Shown here in pieces: positions 9,500 through 19,356 of a stretch of 64,000 bases of DNA. Source of the DNA: Bacillota bacterium (GTDB taxonomy: Bacteria > Bacillota > Dethiobacteria > Dethiobacterales > Dethiobacteraceae); contig JAAYSO010000105.1 of NCBI GenBank assembly GCA_012523945.1, forward strand, positions 10,072 through 74,071, in the 5' to 3' direction. Every line of letters begins with the position of its first letter. Position 1 is the first letter of the stretch. The position numbers and the translations under genes are program-made. Under the pieces are notes generated by a model. It worked only from the letters and a program-made list of their open reading frames with translations. It was not told the DNA's origin and searched no databases.

Positions 9500-10577
9500 A
9501 CTCCATCCCTTCCTTTGGTATGGAAATAAAAATTTCAAATCCGTCTTCTGTGAAAATATTGATATTACCGTTTAACGCATGTACCCGGTCCTCCATATTT
9601 TTCAGCCCCAGACCGGCGCCCGGATCAAAGTTTGACACTTTACCGTTATCTCTGATCATTAACTGATACAGCGCCGGATGTTCCCTTAAAATCACCTCGG
9701 CCCGCGTTGCCTTGGAATGTTTAATTAAATTAGAGAGGGCTTCTTTAATAATGGCAATAAAAGCATATTTTAACTTTTGCGGTGGATTACTGATAAAACC
9801 GTATTCATAATAAAGCCGGCAAAAGGTAAAATTTTTCACCAAGTTTTCTATCTGCAGATTAAGGTCAATTGATTCTGCATATAAGGCATGGACACTTTTT
9901 CTGGTACTGTCCATGGCTTCAGATAAAGTGGTATGCAGCGCCTCTAAATGCTGCTTATTTTTTTCATCACAGTTAATTGTCAGCAAGGCACCTACCTGCA
10001 AGATGGCGCTGGAAAGCAAATGACCTACATTATCGTGAATTTCACGGGCAATACGGCTACGTTCGTTCAACATAGCCAAATTTAGCTCATTATCCTGTTT
10101 CTCTATTAAATCCCTGTTTTGTTGCTGCAGTTGCAGCGACATTTCCCGGGCTTCATCACTAAGTTTAAAATATTTAGCTTGTAAGTTTTGCAAATTTTCC
10201 GCCCTTACCCTGATTAACCCTCCCAGCACCAGCAGAACCAAGTTACCCATAACAATTTGTCCGGAAGCATGGGAAGCAAAATGCAGCCAGGGAATAATTG
10301 CCAGCAAACCAAGGGGACGATAACGGCAAAAGATAAGGTCAAAGAGAATAACAGGCAAAAAAATCACAAGTGCCGGGAAGAAAAAAGCCAAAAGGATGAA
10401 AACTCCCGCCAGTACAGCAAGTACGCTTTCATCATCCAGGTAGCTAAATAAACCACTAAATATAAGCACTATTAGCACTGTGGCCACATTAACCGCAAAA
10501 TCAGGCTGGAAAAAATAAAACAGCAGACAACAAAGAAAAATAACCAGTTTGTCAAAAAGTGCGGAAAGATTAAACAT
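9480..10577 (-). CDS. Membrane sensor histidine kinase, HisKA_3 (LiaS/DesK/YvfT-like)
   Basis: 365 aa. Polytopic N-terminus, coiled linker, H-box REIHDNVGHLLSS, G-box DNGKV...GLGLKNM. RBS GGGAGAGGA. Confidence 0.85.
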   Translation of the reverse strand: MFNLSALFDKLVIFLCCLLFYFFQPDFAVNVATVLIVLIFSGLFSYLDDESVLAVLAGVFILLAFFFPALVIFLPVILFDLIFCRYRPLGLLAIIPWLHFASHASGQIVMGNLVLLVLGGLIRVRAENLQNLQAKYFKLSDEAREMSLQLQQQNRDLIEKQDNELNLAMLNERSRIAREIHDNVGHLLSSAILQVGALLTINCDEKNKQHLEALHTTLSEAMDSTRKSVHALYAESIDLNLQIENLVKNFTFCRLYYEYGFISNPPQKLKYAFIAIIKEALSNLIKHSKATRAEVILREHPALYQLMIRDNGKVSNFDPGAGLGLKNMEDRVHALNGNINIFTEDGFEIFISIPKEGMEYEGLGY

Positions 10578-10658
10578 GCCTTATCCTCTCCCGCAGTTGA
10601 TCTTTCTAAAGGCATCATATCATTTCTTTAACCGGAATTACCAGCTGAAGTGATTAAA

Positions 10659-10678
10659 AAGATGACATTTGTCATCTT
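10659..10678. promoter_or_regulatory. 20-bp inverted repeat, candidate operator between the divergent TCS and ABC-2 operons
   Basis: aagatgaca-tt-tgtcatctt, perfect 9-bp arms. It lies 72 nt upstream of the ATG at 10750. Confidence 0.35.
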
Positions 10679-10749
10679 AGAAAGTGAAATTTTGCACTTA
10701 CATTTGCCTGGCAGGCAGAGTATGATGAAATTGCAAAGGGGGTTAAGAA

Positions 10750-11682
10750 ATGATTGTACATGTAAAAAACCTGGTAAAGCGCTATAGGGAGTTATTGGCT
10801 TTAGACCATCTTTCCTTTACGGTAGATGATAGGGAGGTATTCGGACTTTTAGGGCCTAATGGCAGCGGCAAAACAACCGCCATTAACTGCCTGCTGGCTT
10901 TACTTGCATATGATAAAGGTGAAATTAAAATATTTGGACGGCCTATGACGCCGGAGTCTTACGAACTCAAGCGCCAAATTGGCATTGTACCGCAAAATGT
11001 GGCTGTCTATAACGAGCTTACCGTCTACGAAAATATTGATTATTTTTGCGGACTCTATGTGGAGGACAAAAAATTAAGAAAAGAGTTTGTTGCCGAAGCC
11101 ATTGAGTTTGTGGGATTAAATGATTTTACAGACTATTACCCGAAAAAATTGAGCGGCGGCTTGTTACGAAGATTAAATATTGCCTGCGGCATTGCCCACA
11201 AGCCCAAACTTATAATTCTAGATGAACCTACAGTGGCCGTGGACCCCCAAAGCCGCAACAAAATCCTGGAAGGTATTTTAGAATTAAACCGGCAAGGGGC
11301 AACCATCATCTACACCTCCCATTATATGGAGGAAGTTGAGCAAATCTGCAGCCGTATCATGATTATAGATAAAGGCAGGGCCATTGCCACCGGCACCAAA
11401 GAAGAACTTAAAGCCATGATTACCTTGGGAGAAAAAATCACCATCGAATCTCAATATATTACAGAAACACAATTAAGTGAATTAAGGGCTCTGCCCAATG
11501 TAATCTCCGCCGATTATAAAAATAAGCAACTCATCATTAAATCAGGCAAAGGCAGCAATAATTTGGAAATAGTCCTTGACGCCATTAAAAGGGAAAAAAT
11601 TCAATTTGGCAAAATTTATTCGGAATTACCTACACTGAATGATGTTTTCCTGGAAATCACGGGAAAACAGTTAAGGGATTGA
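10750..11682 (+). CDS. ABC-2-type transporter ATP-binding protein
   Basis: 310 aa. Walker A GPNGSGKTT, signature LSGGLLRRL, Walker B LIILDEPT. RBS AAGGGGG. Confidence 0.9.
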   Translation: MIVHVKNLVKRYRELLALDHLSFTVDDREVFGLLGPNGSGKTTAINCLLALLAYDKGEIKIFGRPMTPESYELKRQIGIVPQNVAVYNELTVYENIDYFCGLYVEDKKLRKEFVAEAIEFVGLNDFTDYYPKKLSGGLLRRLNIACGIAHKPKLIILDEPTVAVDPQSRNKILEGILELNRQGATIIYTSHYMEEVEQICSRIMIIDKGRAIATGTKEELKAMITLGEKITIESQYITETQLSELRALPNVISADYKNKQLIIKSGKGSNNLEIVLDAIKREKIQFGKIYSELPTLNDVFLEITGKQLRD

Positions 11683-11697
11683 GGGGGGGGAACTCCT

Positions 11698-12831
11698 ATG
11701 CATATTTTTGTTAACCGCTTAAAATGCTTGCTGCGGGAAAAAGAAAACATCTTTTGGACCATGGCTTTTCCGCTCATCTTGGCCATAATGTTCAATCTTG
11801 CTTTTTCCAATTTAAACAAGGGCGAAACTTTCCAAACTATTGAACTGGCCGTTGTCAACAATGCAGACTGGCAACAGGAGTCGTACTTAAAAACAGCACT
11901 GGAAGAGGCTTCCGCCGGCAATACTAAACTTTTTAACTTAACTTTTACTTCACAAAGTGAGGCAGAAAATTTGCTGCAGCAAAATGCTGTTGACGGCTAC
12001 CTAGAGGTGACGGCAAAGCAGCTGAAACTCATTGTCAATGACTCGGGAATTAAACAAAGTATCATTAAAAGTTTTCTTGACAGCTACCTGCAGACTGCCG
12101 CGACTGTTAACACCATTTTAGAAAACAAGCCGCAAAAACCGGAGCAATTACTGCATAGCACCGGTGAGCGCCGGCAATATGTGAGGGAAGTTTCCGGCAC
12201 AGCGGCAGAACCTAACAGTATCCTCAACTACTTTTATTCTCTTATTGCCATGGCTTGTTTTTTTGGCGGTTTCCTTGGCTTAAACGAGATTACCCGCATT
12301 GAAGCAAACCTTTCCCCACTGGCTGCCAGAATTAATATTGCCCCGGTGCATAAACTTAAAGCTTTTTTTTCCAGCTTCAGTGCTTCTTTGCTACTACATC
12401 TTGCGGAAATGTTTATTCTCCTTCTTTTCTTGCGCTATGTACTCAAAATTGATTTTGGCCCTAAAAGTTTCTATGTGGTTTTAACCACAATTGTAGGCTC
12501 TATTACCGGTCTTTCCTTTGGCGCTTTTATTAGTGTCCTGGTAAAAAAAGCAGAAAACATGAAAATTGCCATCCTTGTTGCTGCTACCATGACAGGCTCA
12601 TTTCTGGCCGGAATGATGTATGCGGAAATGAAATATCTTGTTGCCAAGCATCTTCCCCTGCTTGCTTATTTAAACCCGCTAAATTTACTGACAGACGCTT
12701 ATTATAGCCTTTACTATTATGATACTCTTACCAGGTACCTGCAAAATTTGGGTATTCTCATTAGTTTTGCTTTGCTCTTTTGTCTCGGCACCTACTTTAT
12801 GATTAGGAGGCGTAAATATGCAAGTCTTTAA
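11698..12831 (+). CDS. ABC-2 family permease
   Basis: 377 aa. One N-terminal TM helix, a large extracytoplasmic loop, then a C-terminal cluster of TM helices. RBS is a GAGGGGGGGG run. Confidence 0.8.
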   Translation: MHIFVNRLKCLLREKENIFWTMAFPLILAIMFNLAFSNLNKGETFQTIELAVVNNADWQQESYLKTALEEASAGNTKLFNLTFTSQSEAENLLQQNAVDGYLEVTAKQLKLIVNDSGIKQSIIKSFLDSYLQTAATVNTILENKPQKPEQLLHSTGERRQYVREVSGTAAEPNSILNYFYSLIAMACFFGGFLGLNEITRIEANLSPLAARINIAPVHKLKAFFSSFSASLLLHLAEMFILLLFLRYVLKIDFGPKSFYVVLTTIVGSITGLSFGAFISVLVKKAENMKIAILVAATMTGSFLAGMMYAEMKYLVAKHLPLLAYLNPLNLLTDAYYSLYYYDTLTRYLQNLGILISFALLFCLGTYFMIRRRKYASL

Positions 12832-13978
12832 ACTCTGCCTGAAAATCCTGAAAAAAAACATTCCAACCCTGCTCATTTACGTCATCATCTTTATCGGCAT
12901 TGCCACCATGATGTCTGCGGACGCAGCAAAGGAGCAAAGCGATCTTTTGTTTACAGGCAGTAAAGTTAATCTTGCTTTCCTCGCTGAAGAAGATACACCC
13001 CTGGTCCAAGGTTTAAAGACCGAATTGGCCAAAAAGGCAAACTTTGTCCTGCTGCCGGATGAAAAGGAAGCTCTGCAAGACGCTCTTTATTTTCGTAAAG
13101 TGTCCTATATCTTACGTATACCCGAGGGTTTTAGCCAAAGTTTCATGGAAGGCGGCAATGTACAACTGGAAAAGACGGTTGTACCCAATGCTTTCAGCAC
13201 TGCCTATTTCGATTTAAGTATTAATCAATATTTTAATACTGCCAAATTATACGTAGAGCAATTTGAGAATCTTTCTCAGGAAGAGCTGGTCCAATATCTA
13301 AAGTCGGATTTGAACCAAACTACTGTGGTTGAACTGGCAGACGGGGCGCACCCCAGAAAGCGTATCTTTGCCAATAACTTTTTTAATTATCTTGCTTATT
13401 CTTTAATGGCCATTCTCATTTTAGGCATGTCATCTTTAATGCTTGTTTTTAATGACAAAAACCTCAGGCAAAGAAACGCCTGCTCACCTTTAAGCAACGC
13501 CAGTTTTAATCAGCAGCTTATCCTTTTTGTCTTGCTTTTTACCGGCTTTACCTGGGCCGTGATGGTAACTATTTGTCTCTTTTTCAGCTTTAACCACGGC
13601 CTCGATACAAATGCAATTTATTTTCTCATCAATTCTTTAGTTTTTTCCGTCTGTGCCGCCAGTATCAGCTATCTTATCGGCCTGGTGGTGAAAAATGCCA
13701 ATGTTATTCCCGCCGTTTGCAATGTTGTTACTTTAGGTCTTTCTTTTTTCAGCGGTGTCTTCGTACCCATGGAGCTATTGGGCGATTCAGTGTTAAAAAT
13801 CGCCAGTTTTACTCCAACCTATTGGTATGTGGCCGCAAACAATCATATTGCCGCCCTGAGGCAATTTAACCTTACTTCCCTGCAGCCTATTCTTAACTGT
13901 CTGCTCATGCAACTGGGATTTGCTTTAGCTTTCTTCACCATAGCACTGGTTCTGAGTAAAAAACGTAAATATGAGTAA
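12818..13978 (+). CDS. ABC-2 family permease (second subunit)
   Basis: 386 aa with the same topology as the preceding gene. RBS AGGAGG. 14-nt overlap with the upstream gene. Confidence 0.8.
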   Translation: MQVFKLCLKILKKNIPTLLIYVIIFIGIATMMSADAAKEQSDLLFTGSKVNLAFLAEEDTPLVQGLKTELAKKANFVLLPDEKEALQDALYFRKVSYILRIPEGFSQSFMEGGNVQLEKTVVPNAFSTAYFDLSINQYFNTAKLYVEQFENLSQEELVQYLKSDLNQTTVVELADGAHPRKRIFANNFFNYLAYSLMAILILGMSSLMLVFNDKNLRQRNACSPLSNASFNQQLILFVLLFTGFTWAVMVTICLFFSFNHGLDTNAIYFLINSLVFSVCAASISYLIGLVVKNANVIPAVCNVVTLGLSFFSGVFVPMELLGDSVLKIASFTPTYWYVAANNHIAALRQFNLTSLQPILNCLLMQLGFALAFFTIALVLSKKRKYE

Positions 13979-13983
13979 ATTCT

Positions 13984-14013
13984 AATCCCCCTGCAAACAG
14001 CAAGGGGATTTTT
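13984..14013 (+). terminator. Rho-independent terminator between convergent genes
   Basis: aatccccctgc / gcaaggggatt stem (one mismatch), followed by TTTTT. Confidence 0.5.
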
Positions 14014-14020
14014 AGTAGCT

Positions 14021-14962
14021 TTATTCTTTGACAATTGTAACCGGAATCTGCAGTTCATGCAGCCTTGATCCGTCTTTGGCACTTTCCTCATATAGAATAA
14101 TTGTGCCAATATTACCGGCAACATCATCAACCTCAATAACGATCTCAAATTCTCCCCATTCAGGAGCACCTTTGGCGGCCATTACACAGCCTTTGTCCAG
14201 AATATTATGCCCGTCTTCAAATTCATATTGAAAAGCTGCCTCAAATACCCGGGCCAATCCACGGACAACAATTTTATCTTTTACTTCTGTACCGGGTGCC
14301 GGCTCATAGATCCGGAAAGCAACATTTTGCAATACAAATTCACGTGTGTCTTTTTCTTCAACCCACAGGTAGCTATCGGGATCTTTGGCTGTCAGCGGTT
14401 CTTTCGTATAAAGATGTCCCAGCAAAGTATCAACTACTTCACCTTCCAAAAGCAGTTGCGTCTGTTCATAACCAAATTGTTGCATAATCATGGCGATTTG
14501 TTCTGCAAACATCAACTCACCACCGGAACCTAAACTTACATCCTGAATTTCCTGTGAAAAACTAACATGAGCGATGCCGGCAACATCTTCCACATATTCA
14601 ATCACTACATTGGCATCAGAATTAATGAGTCCGGTAAGTTCCTTATGCTCCGGTCCGGCAAGCCACGCTTCCAGCGCAGCTTTTGCCAGTTCATCTTCCT
14701 GCGCCAAAATTTCCGTTTTTATACGGTAAGTAGCCAGTAAATCGCTGTCAGGAAAATAGAGCACCACTTCATATTTTTGCTCATTTTTATCTGGAGTGGG
14801 AGAAAGATCATCCTCATCAGGCGGATCTACCACCTCATTATCCGGATTTTGCGAGGGATTTTCTTTCTTGGGCGGCTCTATGGCACTATCGTTGGGATCA
14901 CAGCCCACAAATAAAGTCAGCGCCAGTAGTACCACCATCAAGGCAGTAAACATTTTTTTCAT
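14021..14962 (-). CDS. Lipoprotein with GerMN-like and Ig-like (Gmad2-type) domains
   Basis: 313 aa. Lipobox LTLFVGC after a signal peptide, an acidic low-complexity linker, then sequence resembling GerM-type germination/sporulation domains. RBS GAGGAGG. Confidence 0.7.
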   Translation of the reverse strand: MKKMFTALMVVLLALTLFVGCDPNDSAIEPPKKENPSQNPDNEVVDPPDEDDLSPTPDKNEQKYEVVLYFPDSDLLATYRIKTEILAQEDELAKAALEAWLAGPEHKELTGLINSDANVVIEYVEDVAGIAHVSFSQEIQDVSLGSGGELMFAEQIAMIMQQFGYEQTQLLLEGEVVDTLLGHLYTKEPLTAKDPDSYLWVEEKDTREFVLQNVAFRIYEPAPGTEVKDKIVVRGLARVFEAAFQYEFEDGHNILDKGCVMAAKGAPEWGEFEIVIEVDDVAGNIGTIILYEESAKDGSRLHELQIPVTIVKE

Positions 14963-15047
14963 GGCTGAACCTCCTCTGTGTGATCTTGCGTAACTTTACT
15001 ATAATTGTTGTTTGTATCATGATGATTGATAAAGTGTAACATTTTTG

Positions 15048-16409
15048 TTACTTTACTCTCGGCAGTCGCAAATAGAAACAAGTACCTTTTTGCCAAACAG
15101 TATCTACTGTTAATTCCCCCTGATGCAGTTCAGCAATCTGTTTAGCAATTGCCAGCCCTAACCCGCTGCCTTCCTGGTTCCAGGCTGTTGCATCGTCAGC
15201 CCGGTAAAAAGGAGAAAAAATATGGGGGAGGTCTTTAGGGGCAATGCCGATTCCCCGGTCGCAAATACTAAAGAGATGATAATTATCAACAGTTTTTAAC
15301 ATGATTTTTACGCGCTTTCCCGGTGGAGAGTAGCGTATAGCATTGGCCACCAGGTTGTCCAGTGCCTGGAACAATAACAACCTATCGGCAAAAAATGTGG
15401 TCTGCTCTAAATCGATTTCCAGCGGCACCTGCTTTTCCTCAGCTAAATGCTGGAAAGATTGTAAGAGATGTTCCCGCACTTCTTCAGCGGAAATAGCTTG
15501 TCTTTGCAGCGCAATACTATGAATTTTTGTCATTAACAGTAATTGCTCTACCATCTGCTTCATTTTTGTTATTTGAAACAAAAGATCAGCCGTAAATTCC
15601 CGAAACTTTTCTTCATCTTGCCGCACATAGGGGAGGTTTTCCAAAATTAACTGCATCGTCGCCAACGGCGTCTTTAATTCATGGGAAGATGTACTTAAAA
15701 AACGCTTCTGGTTCTCATCATAAAAATTTAGTTCAGCCACCATTTTTTTTAGGGCCTCTATTAGCTCCTTAATCTCATCCCGGCGCCGGTAGGACAAAGT
15801 AAAGGAACGTTTACGCGGGGTAATTTGTTTCAGCGCAAAAATTATTTTCCGGATCGGTTGCGTTAACCAGGTAGAAACTACATATGAGAGCAGAAAGCAT
15901 AGTAAAAGCGAAATTAATAAAGTCTGCAGCATCCAAAGACGAAAAGAATGCAGTTGGGCCTCCAGGGAAGCCGCCGGCTGTATCATTAATATATATCCAC
16001 TGCCCTCAGTTTTAGTAAAAGGCAGAAGGGTATACTGAAGATAACCGAATGATGTCCGGATAAAGCGAGAAGCCTGTCTTTCTTCCTGCAGCACAGCCAG
16101 ATTTAAGGCTGTATTTATAGCCAGTTCATTGAAGCTATCTGCAAACACTTTTTTTTCTTCAGTCAGCAGAAGGAGACGGCATTGCAGGTGCTCACCGTAT
16201 TTTTGCAGATACCCGCTACTGCGTTTCGGTGAGGCGGGATATGCTTTTGTTAGCTCGCCCATGATGGCCAAGCCTTGGGTCACGGCAATTTGTTCATAAC
16301 CGCTCTGCAGCCGCTCCTGGTAAGCACTGCCTACTACTGCGTAAATACTTATGGACAGGACAAAAAAGAGGGCGGAAAGTATTAGCCAAAGTTGGTACTG
16401 GATTTTCAT
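15048..16409 (-). CDS. Sensor histidine kinase (HAMP, HisKA, HATPase_c)
   Basis: 453 aa with two TM segments. H-box SSHELKTPLATM, N-box NLVANAIRYS, G-box DRGIGI...GSGLGLAIAK. 4-nt overlap with the upstream response regulator. Confidence 0.9.
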   Translation of the reverse strand: MKIQYQLWLILSALFFVLSISIYAVVGSAYQERLQSGYEQIAVTQGLAIMGELTKAYPASPKRSSGYLQKYGEHLQCRLLLLTEEKKVFADSFNELAINTALNLAVLQEERQASRFIRTSFGYLQYTLLPFTKTEGSGYILMIQPAASLEAQLHSFRLWMLQTLLISLLLCFLLSYVVSTWLTQPIRKIIFALKQITPRKRSFTLSYRRRDEIKELIEALKKMVAELNFYDENQKRFLSTSSHELKTPLATMQLILENLPYVRQDEEKFREFTADLLFQITKMKQMVEQLLLMTKIHSIALQRQAISAEEVREHLLQSFQHLAEEKQVPLEIDLEQTTFFADRLLLFQALDNLVANAIRYSPPGKRVKIMLKTVDNYHLFSICDRGIGIAPKDLPHIFSPFYRADDATAWNQEGSGLGLAIAKQIAELHQGELTVDTVWQKGTCFYLRLPRVK

Positions 16410-17095
16410 GGCTGCCCCCCTAAACGGTATCCAATACCTCTGACGGCATGAAAATATTTTTTTCCGGAAAGCTCCAGGATCTTTTTGCGTAAGCGGCTGA
16501 TGGTCACATCCACCGTGCGGTCGTTATATGCCGGTGTTCCTTCCCAAACTTGTTCATATAAAAATTCCCGGGAAAAAACATTTTCCGGTTTTTTCATCAT
16601 GATTTCCAATAATTTATACTCATTAGCCGTTAGCGCCATTTTTTTGCCATGGCAGAAAAGAAGCAGTTTTTCGCGATCCAGCAGGAGGTCCTCGTACTGC
16701 AACCAGGCATTGTCGGCAGATTCATCGCTTACTGTTTCCAACCGGCGCATTAAGGCATGAATGCGCGCTAAAAGTTCCCGCAAATCAAAAGGTTTGACAA
16801 GATAATCATCAGCCCCTACCTCCAAGCCGATGATTTTATCCAGGGTTTCACCTTTAGCGGTCAGCATAATAATAGGCACGGAAGATTCCCGGCGTATACT
16901 CTTGCAGACTGCCAAGCCGTCCATTTTGGGCAGCGTCCAATCTAAAAGCAGCAAATCATAAGGACGGGCTGCAAATAATTCTAAAGCTGCTTTGCCGTCA
17001 TAAGCAATATCAACCTGATACCCTTCCCGCTCCAGAAAAAAAGCAATATTTTTAGCCATAATCTGTTCATCTTCAACCAGCAGCACTCTTTTCAT
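16406..17095 (-). CDS. OmpR/PhoB-family response regulator
   Basis: 229 aa. Receiver MKRVLLVEDE...LLLDWTLPKMDG and a winged-helix C-terminus ...TVDVTISRLRKK...VRGIGYRL. Confidence 0.9.
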   Translation of the reverse strand: MKRVLLVEDEQIMAKNIAFFLEREGYQVDIAYDGKAALELFAARPYDLLLLDWTLPKMDGLAVCKSIRRESSVPIIMLTAKGETLDKIIGLEVGADDYLVKPFDLRELLARIHALMRRLETVSDESADNAWLQYEDLLLDREKLLLFCHGKKMALTANEYKLLEIMMKKPENVFSREFLYEQVWEGTPAYNDRTVDVTISRLRKKILELSGKKYFHAVRGIGYRLGGQP

Positions 17096-17202
17096 CTAAT
17101 CTCCCCTTGAGTTTATGGTTTCCTAAACCGGTCCCCGGCAAACTCTTAAATTACAATCTCAAGGGAAAAGGGTGAATCAAGCAAGATATAATTTTCTACC
17201 GC

Positions 17203-17258
17203 TACAAGAAAGAAAAGACACCGCCGCCTAACCTTAAAACAGGCTGGCAGCAATGTCT
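17203..17258 (-). terminator. Terminator after the xdhC-like gene
   Basis: Minus-strand stem aagacattgctgcc / ggcggcggtgtctt (uses G-U pairs), followed by TTCTTTCTT. Confidence 0.4.
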
Positions 17259-17268
17259 TTTTAGTTAC

Positions 17269-18333
17269 TTATGGCGTCACATCTAAAGGCCAGGATTCAA
17301 TTAAAACCTGCATAGTTCCGCCGCAGACCATACCCATATCTTCAGCTATTTCTCCGGTTAAGTCCACAGTCACAAGTTTACAGCCACCGTCATCCATCAG
17401 CATGCGGGCTTCCCTGATGACATCGCTTTCACTGCAGCCGCCGCCAATACTGCCCACAATCCTCCCATCAGGCCAGACAATCATTTTGGCGCCGGCTTTT
17501 CTCGGCACGGAACCCCTGGTGGCAACAATAGTAACGACGGCTTTTTTCTCACCATTTTCCTGTGCCAACTCTTCCAGGACCTGCCGGTCAAATTCCGTGC
17601 GCGTCAAAACTTTAGAGTCTTTGCCTAATTTAGGTTCTGCCAAACGGCGATAGCTGATCAGCTCCGCCAAAATAGAAACAGCTATTTCTTCCGGTGTTAC
17701 CGCCCCAATGGCCAGACCAATGGGGGTATTGATTTTGGCCAGAAGGTGCGGGTTAAAACCTTCCTCCTGCAGTTGTGACAAAATGCCGGCAACTCTGCGT
17801 TTAGAGCCGATCATGCCAACATAGGCCCAGCGTTTAGGTAAGACTGCACGTAAACATTCCCGGTCATGGCGGTGACCTCTGGTTACAATCACAACATAAG
17901 TAAATGGAGTAAAATGAAACTCCTCAATGGCCTCGGCAAAAGAAGCACAAACCACCTCATCAGCTTCAGGAAAGCGATGACGGTTAGCAAAGGCGGGCCG
18001 GTCGTCTACCACAGTAACGGCAAAGCCGACACCGGCGGCATACCGGCATAAAGGTTTGGCTATATGGCCTCCCCCTAAAATTAACAGCCTGGGTTCTGGA
18101 TAAAAAGGTTCTATAATGGTGGTAAGATTACCATTTTCCCTGATCTCAACCTGACCGTCTTGGAGCGCTTTTTTTAGCATCTGTTGCAGCTCAGGGGAAA
18201 CAGTCTCACCCTTTTGCTTATCTACATAAAAATTCTTTTGTACACAAGTTTGTCTTGCCGTATCAACAGAAGTGATGATGGCAGCCTGTTCTCCCCGGTT
18301 TAGTTCGGCATACAATTCTTTGTATAAATTCAT
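17269..18333 (-). CDS. xdhC: XdhC/CoxI-family molybdenum-hydroxylase maturation factor
   Basis: Rossmann segment LLILGGGHIAKPLCRYAAGVGFAVTVVDDR and XdhC_CoxI signature ATRGSVPRKAGAKMIV...GSIGGGCSE. I prefer the ATG at 18333, which has RBS AAAGGAGAG, over the ORF-track start at 18378. Confidence 0.8.
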   Translation of the reverse strand: MNLYKELYAELNRGEQAAIITSVDTARQTCVQKNFYVDKQKGETVSPELQQMLKKALQDGQVEIRENGNLTTIIEPFYPEPRLLILGGGHIAKPLCRYAAGVGFAVTVVDDRPAFANRHRFPEADEVVCASFAEAIEEFHFTPFTYVVIVTRGHRHDRECLRAVLPKRWAYVGMIGSKRRVAGILSQLQEEGFNPHLLAKINTPIGLAIGAVTPEEIAVSILAELISYRRLAEPKLGKDSKVLTRTEFDRQVLEELAQENGEKKAVVTIVATRGSVPRKAGAKMIVWPDGRIVGSIGGGCSESDVIREARMLMDDGGCKLVTVDLTGEIAEDMGMVCGGTMQVLIESWPLDVTP

Positions 18334-18465
18334 GTTGCTCTCCTTTCCTGCAGAAAACTTGCCTCTGCAAGTCGGCAAATAATTTTGCCAATATTACACC
18401 AGTATAAATGGGAGCTAATTCTTTGTCAAAAGAAGAAACCGGCTGCTTTAAAAGCTAAAAACAGC

Positions 18466-19356
18466 TTATTTAACTTTGGCGGTACTGAAGCCGAAAATAC
18501 TGCCACCCAGACCTAAAAGTGCACTTAAAATAATCACAAAGAGAAATAAATTGACGGTTATGTTTCCCAGTGGCGGTAAAGGGATAAAAGGAAGCGGGCC
18601 TGCAGTCAGTGCATAGATATATTTGAGGGCAAAAATTGATAAAATAGCTGCCAAAACTCCGCCACCTGCACTTAAAAGCAATCCTACCAGCAAGTACGGT
18701 ACGGCAATAAAACTATCCGGTGCTCCCAGTAAAATCAGTGTCTTGATATGTTCCCTATTATGGTCAATTCCTAATTTGATCAGATGGGCAATTATTATGA
18801 GCGTGGCAATGCCCACCGCAACCACAACCAAGTAGCCTAAAAACTGCATAATACCTGCCAGATGGCGCAGATCTTCCAGTACTTCTCTGTTATCGCGGAC
18901 ATAATTAATCTTATCCAACTGCGCCAGATCAGCCAGTACGCCATCCAAATCTTCCAATTGTATGTTTACTTCAATAAAGGGACTGAAGGGGTTTTCCGTA
19001 AAATAGGTTAAAACCTGCGCTTCTTTGCCCAGAACTTCTTCCATCCGCTCATAAGCTTCTTCGGCGTGGATTAAACGTGCTTCCCTGACTCCGTCAATTA
19101 CCTCTATTTCCTCAAGCAGGGCAGAGATCTCCGTAGCCGTTAAAGTTTCCGGGTAGAAGACATTAATTTCAGCTTCATCCTGTATTGCTTCAATAATATG
19201 GGAACTCACCCACCAACCTGCCACCACCATTGCTAAAAATAAAAAGATCAGGGTCATGCTGAAAAGGGAAGTCAGATTGGAAAGTAAATTAGTACTAAGA
19301 ATAATTTTTGCTTCCTTCATAAAATAATCGGTATTTTTAAATAAATACTTCATCAT
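18466..19356 (-). CDS. ftsX: Cell-division ABC transporter permease FtsX
   Basis: 296 aa. One N-terminal TM helix, an extracellular domain, then three C-terminal TM helices. 1-nt TAATG overlap with ftsE. Confidence 0.85.
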   Translation of the reverse strand: MMKYLFKNTDYFMKEAKIILSTNLLSNLTSLFSMTLIFLFLAMVVAGWWVSSHIIEAIQDEAEINVFYPETLTATEISALLEEIEVIDGVREARLIHAEEAYERMEEVLGKEAQVLTYFTENPFSPFIEVNIQLEDLDGVLADLAQLDKINYVRDNREVLEDLRHLAGIMQFLGYLVVVAVGIATLIIIAHLIKLGIDHNREHIKTLILLGAPDSFIAVPYLLVGLLLSAGGGVLAAILSIFALKYIYALTAGPLPFIPLPPLGNITVNLFLFVIILSALLGLGGSIFGFSTAKVK

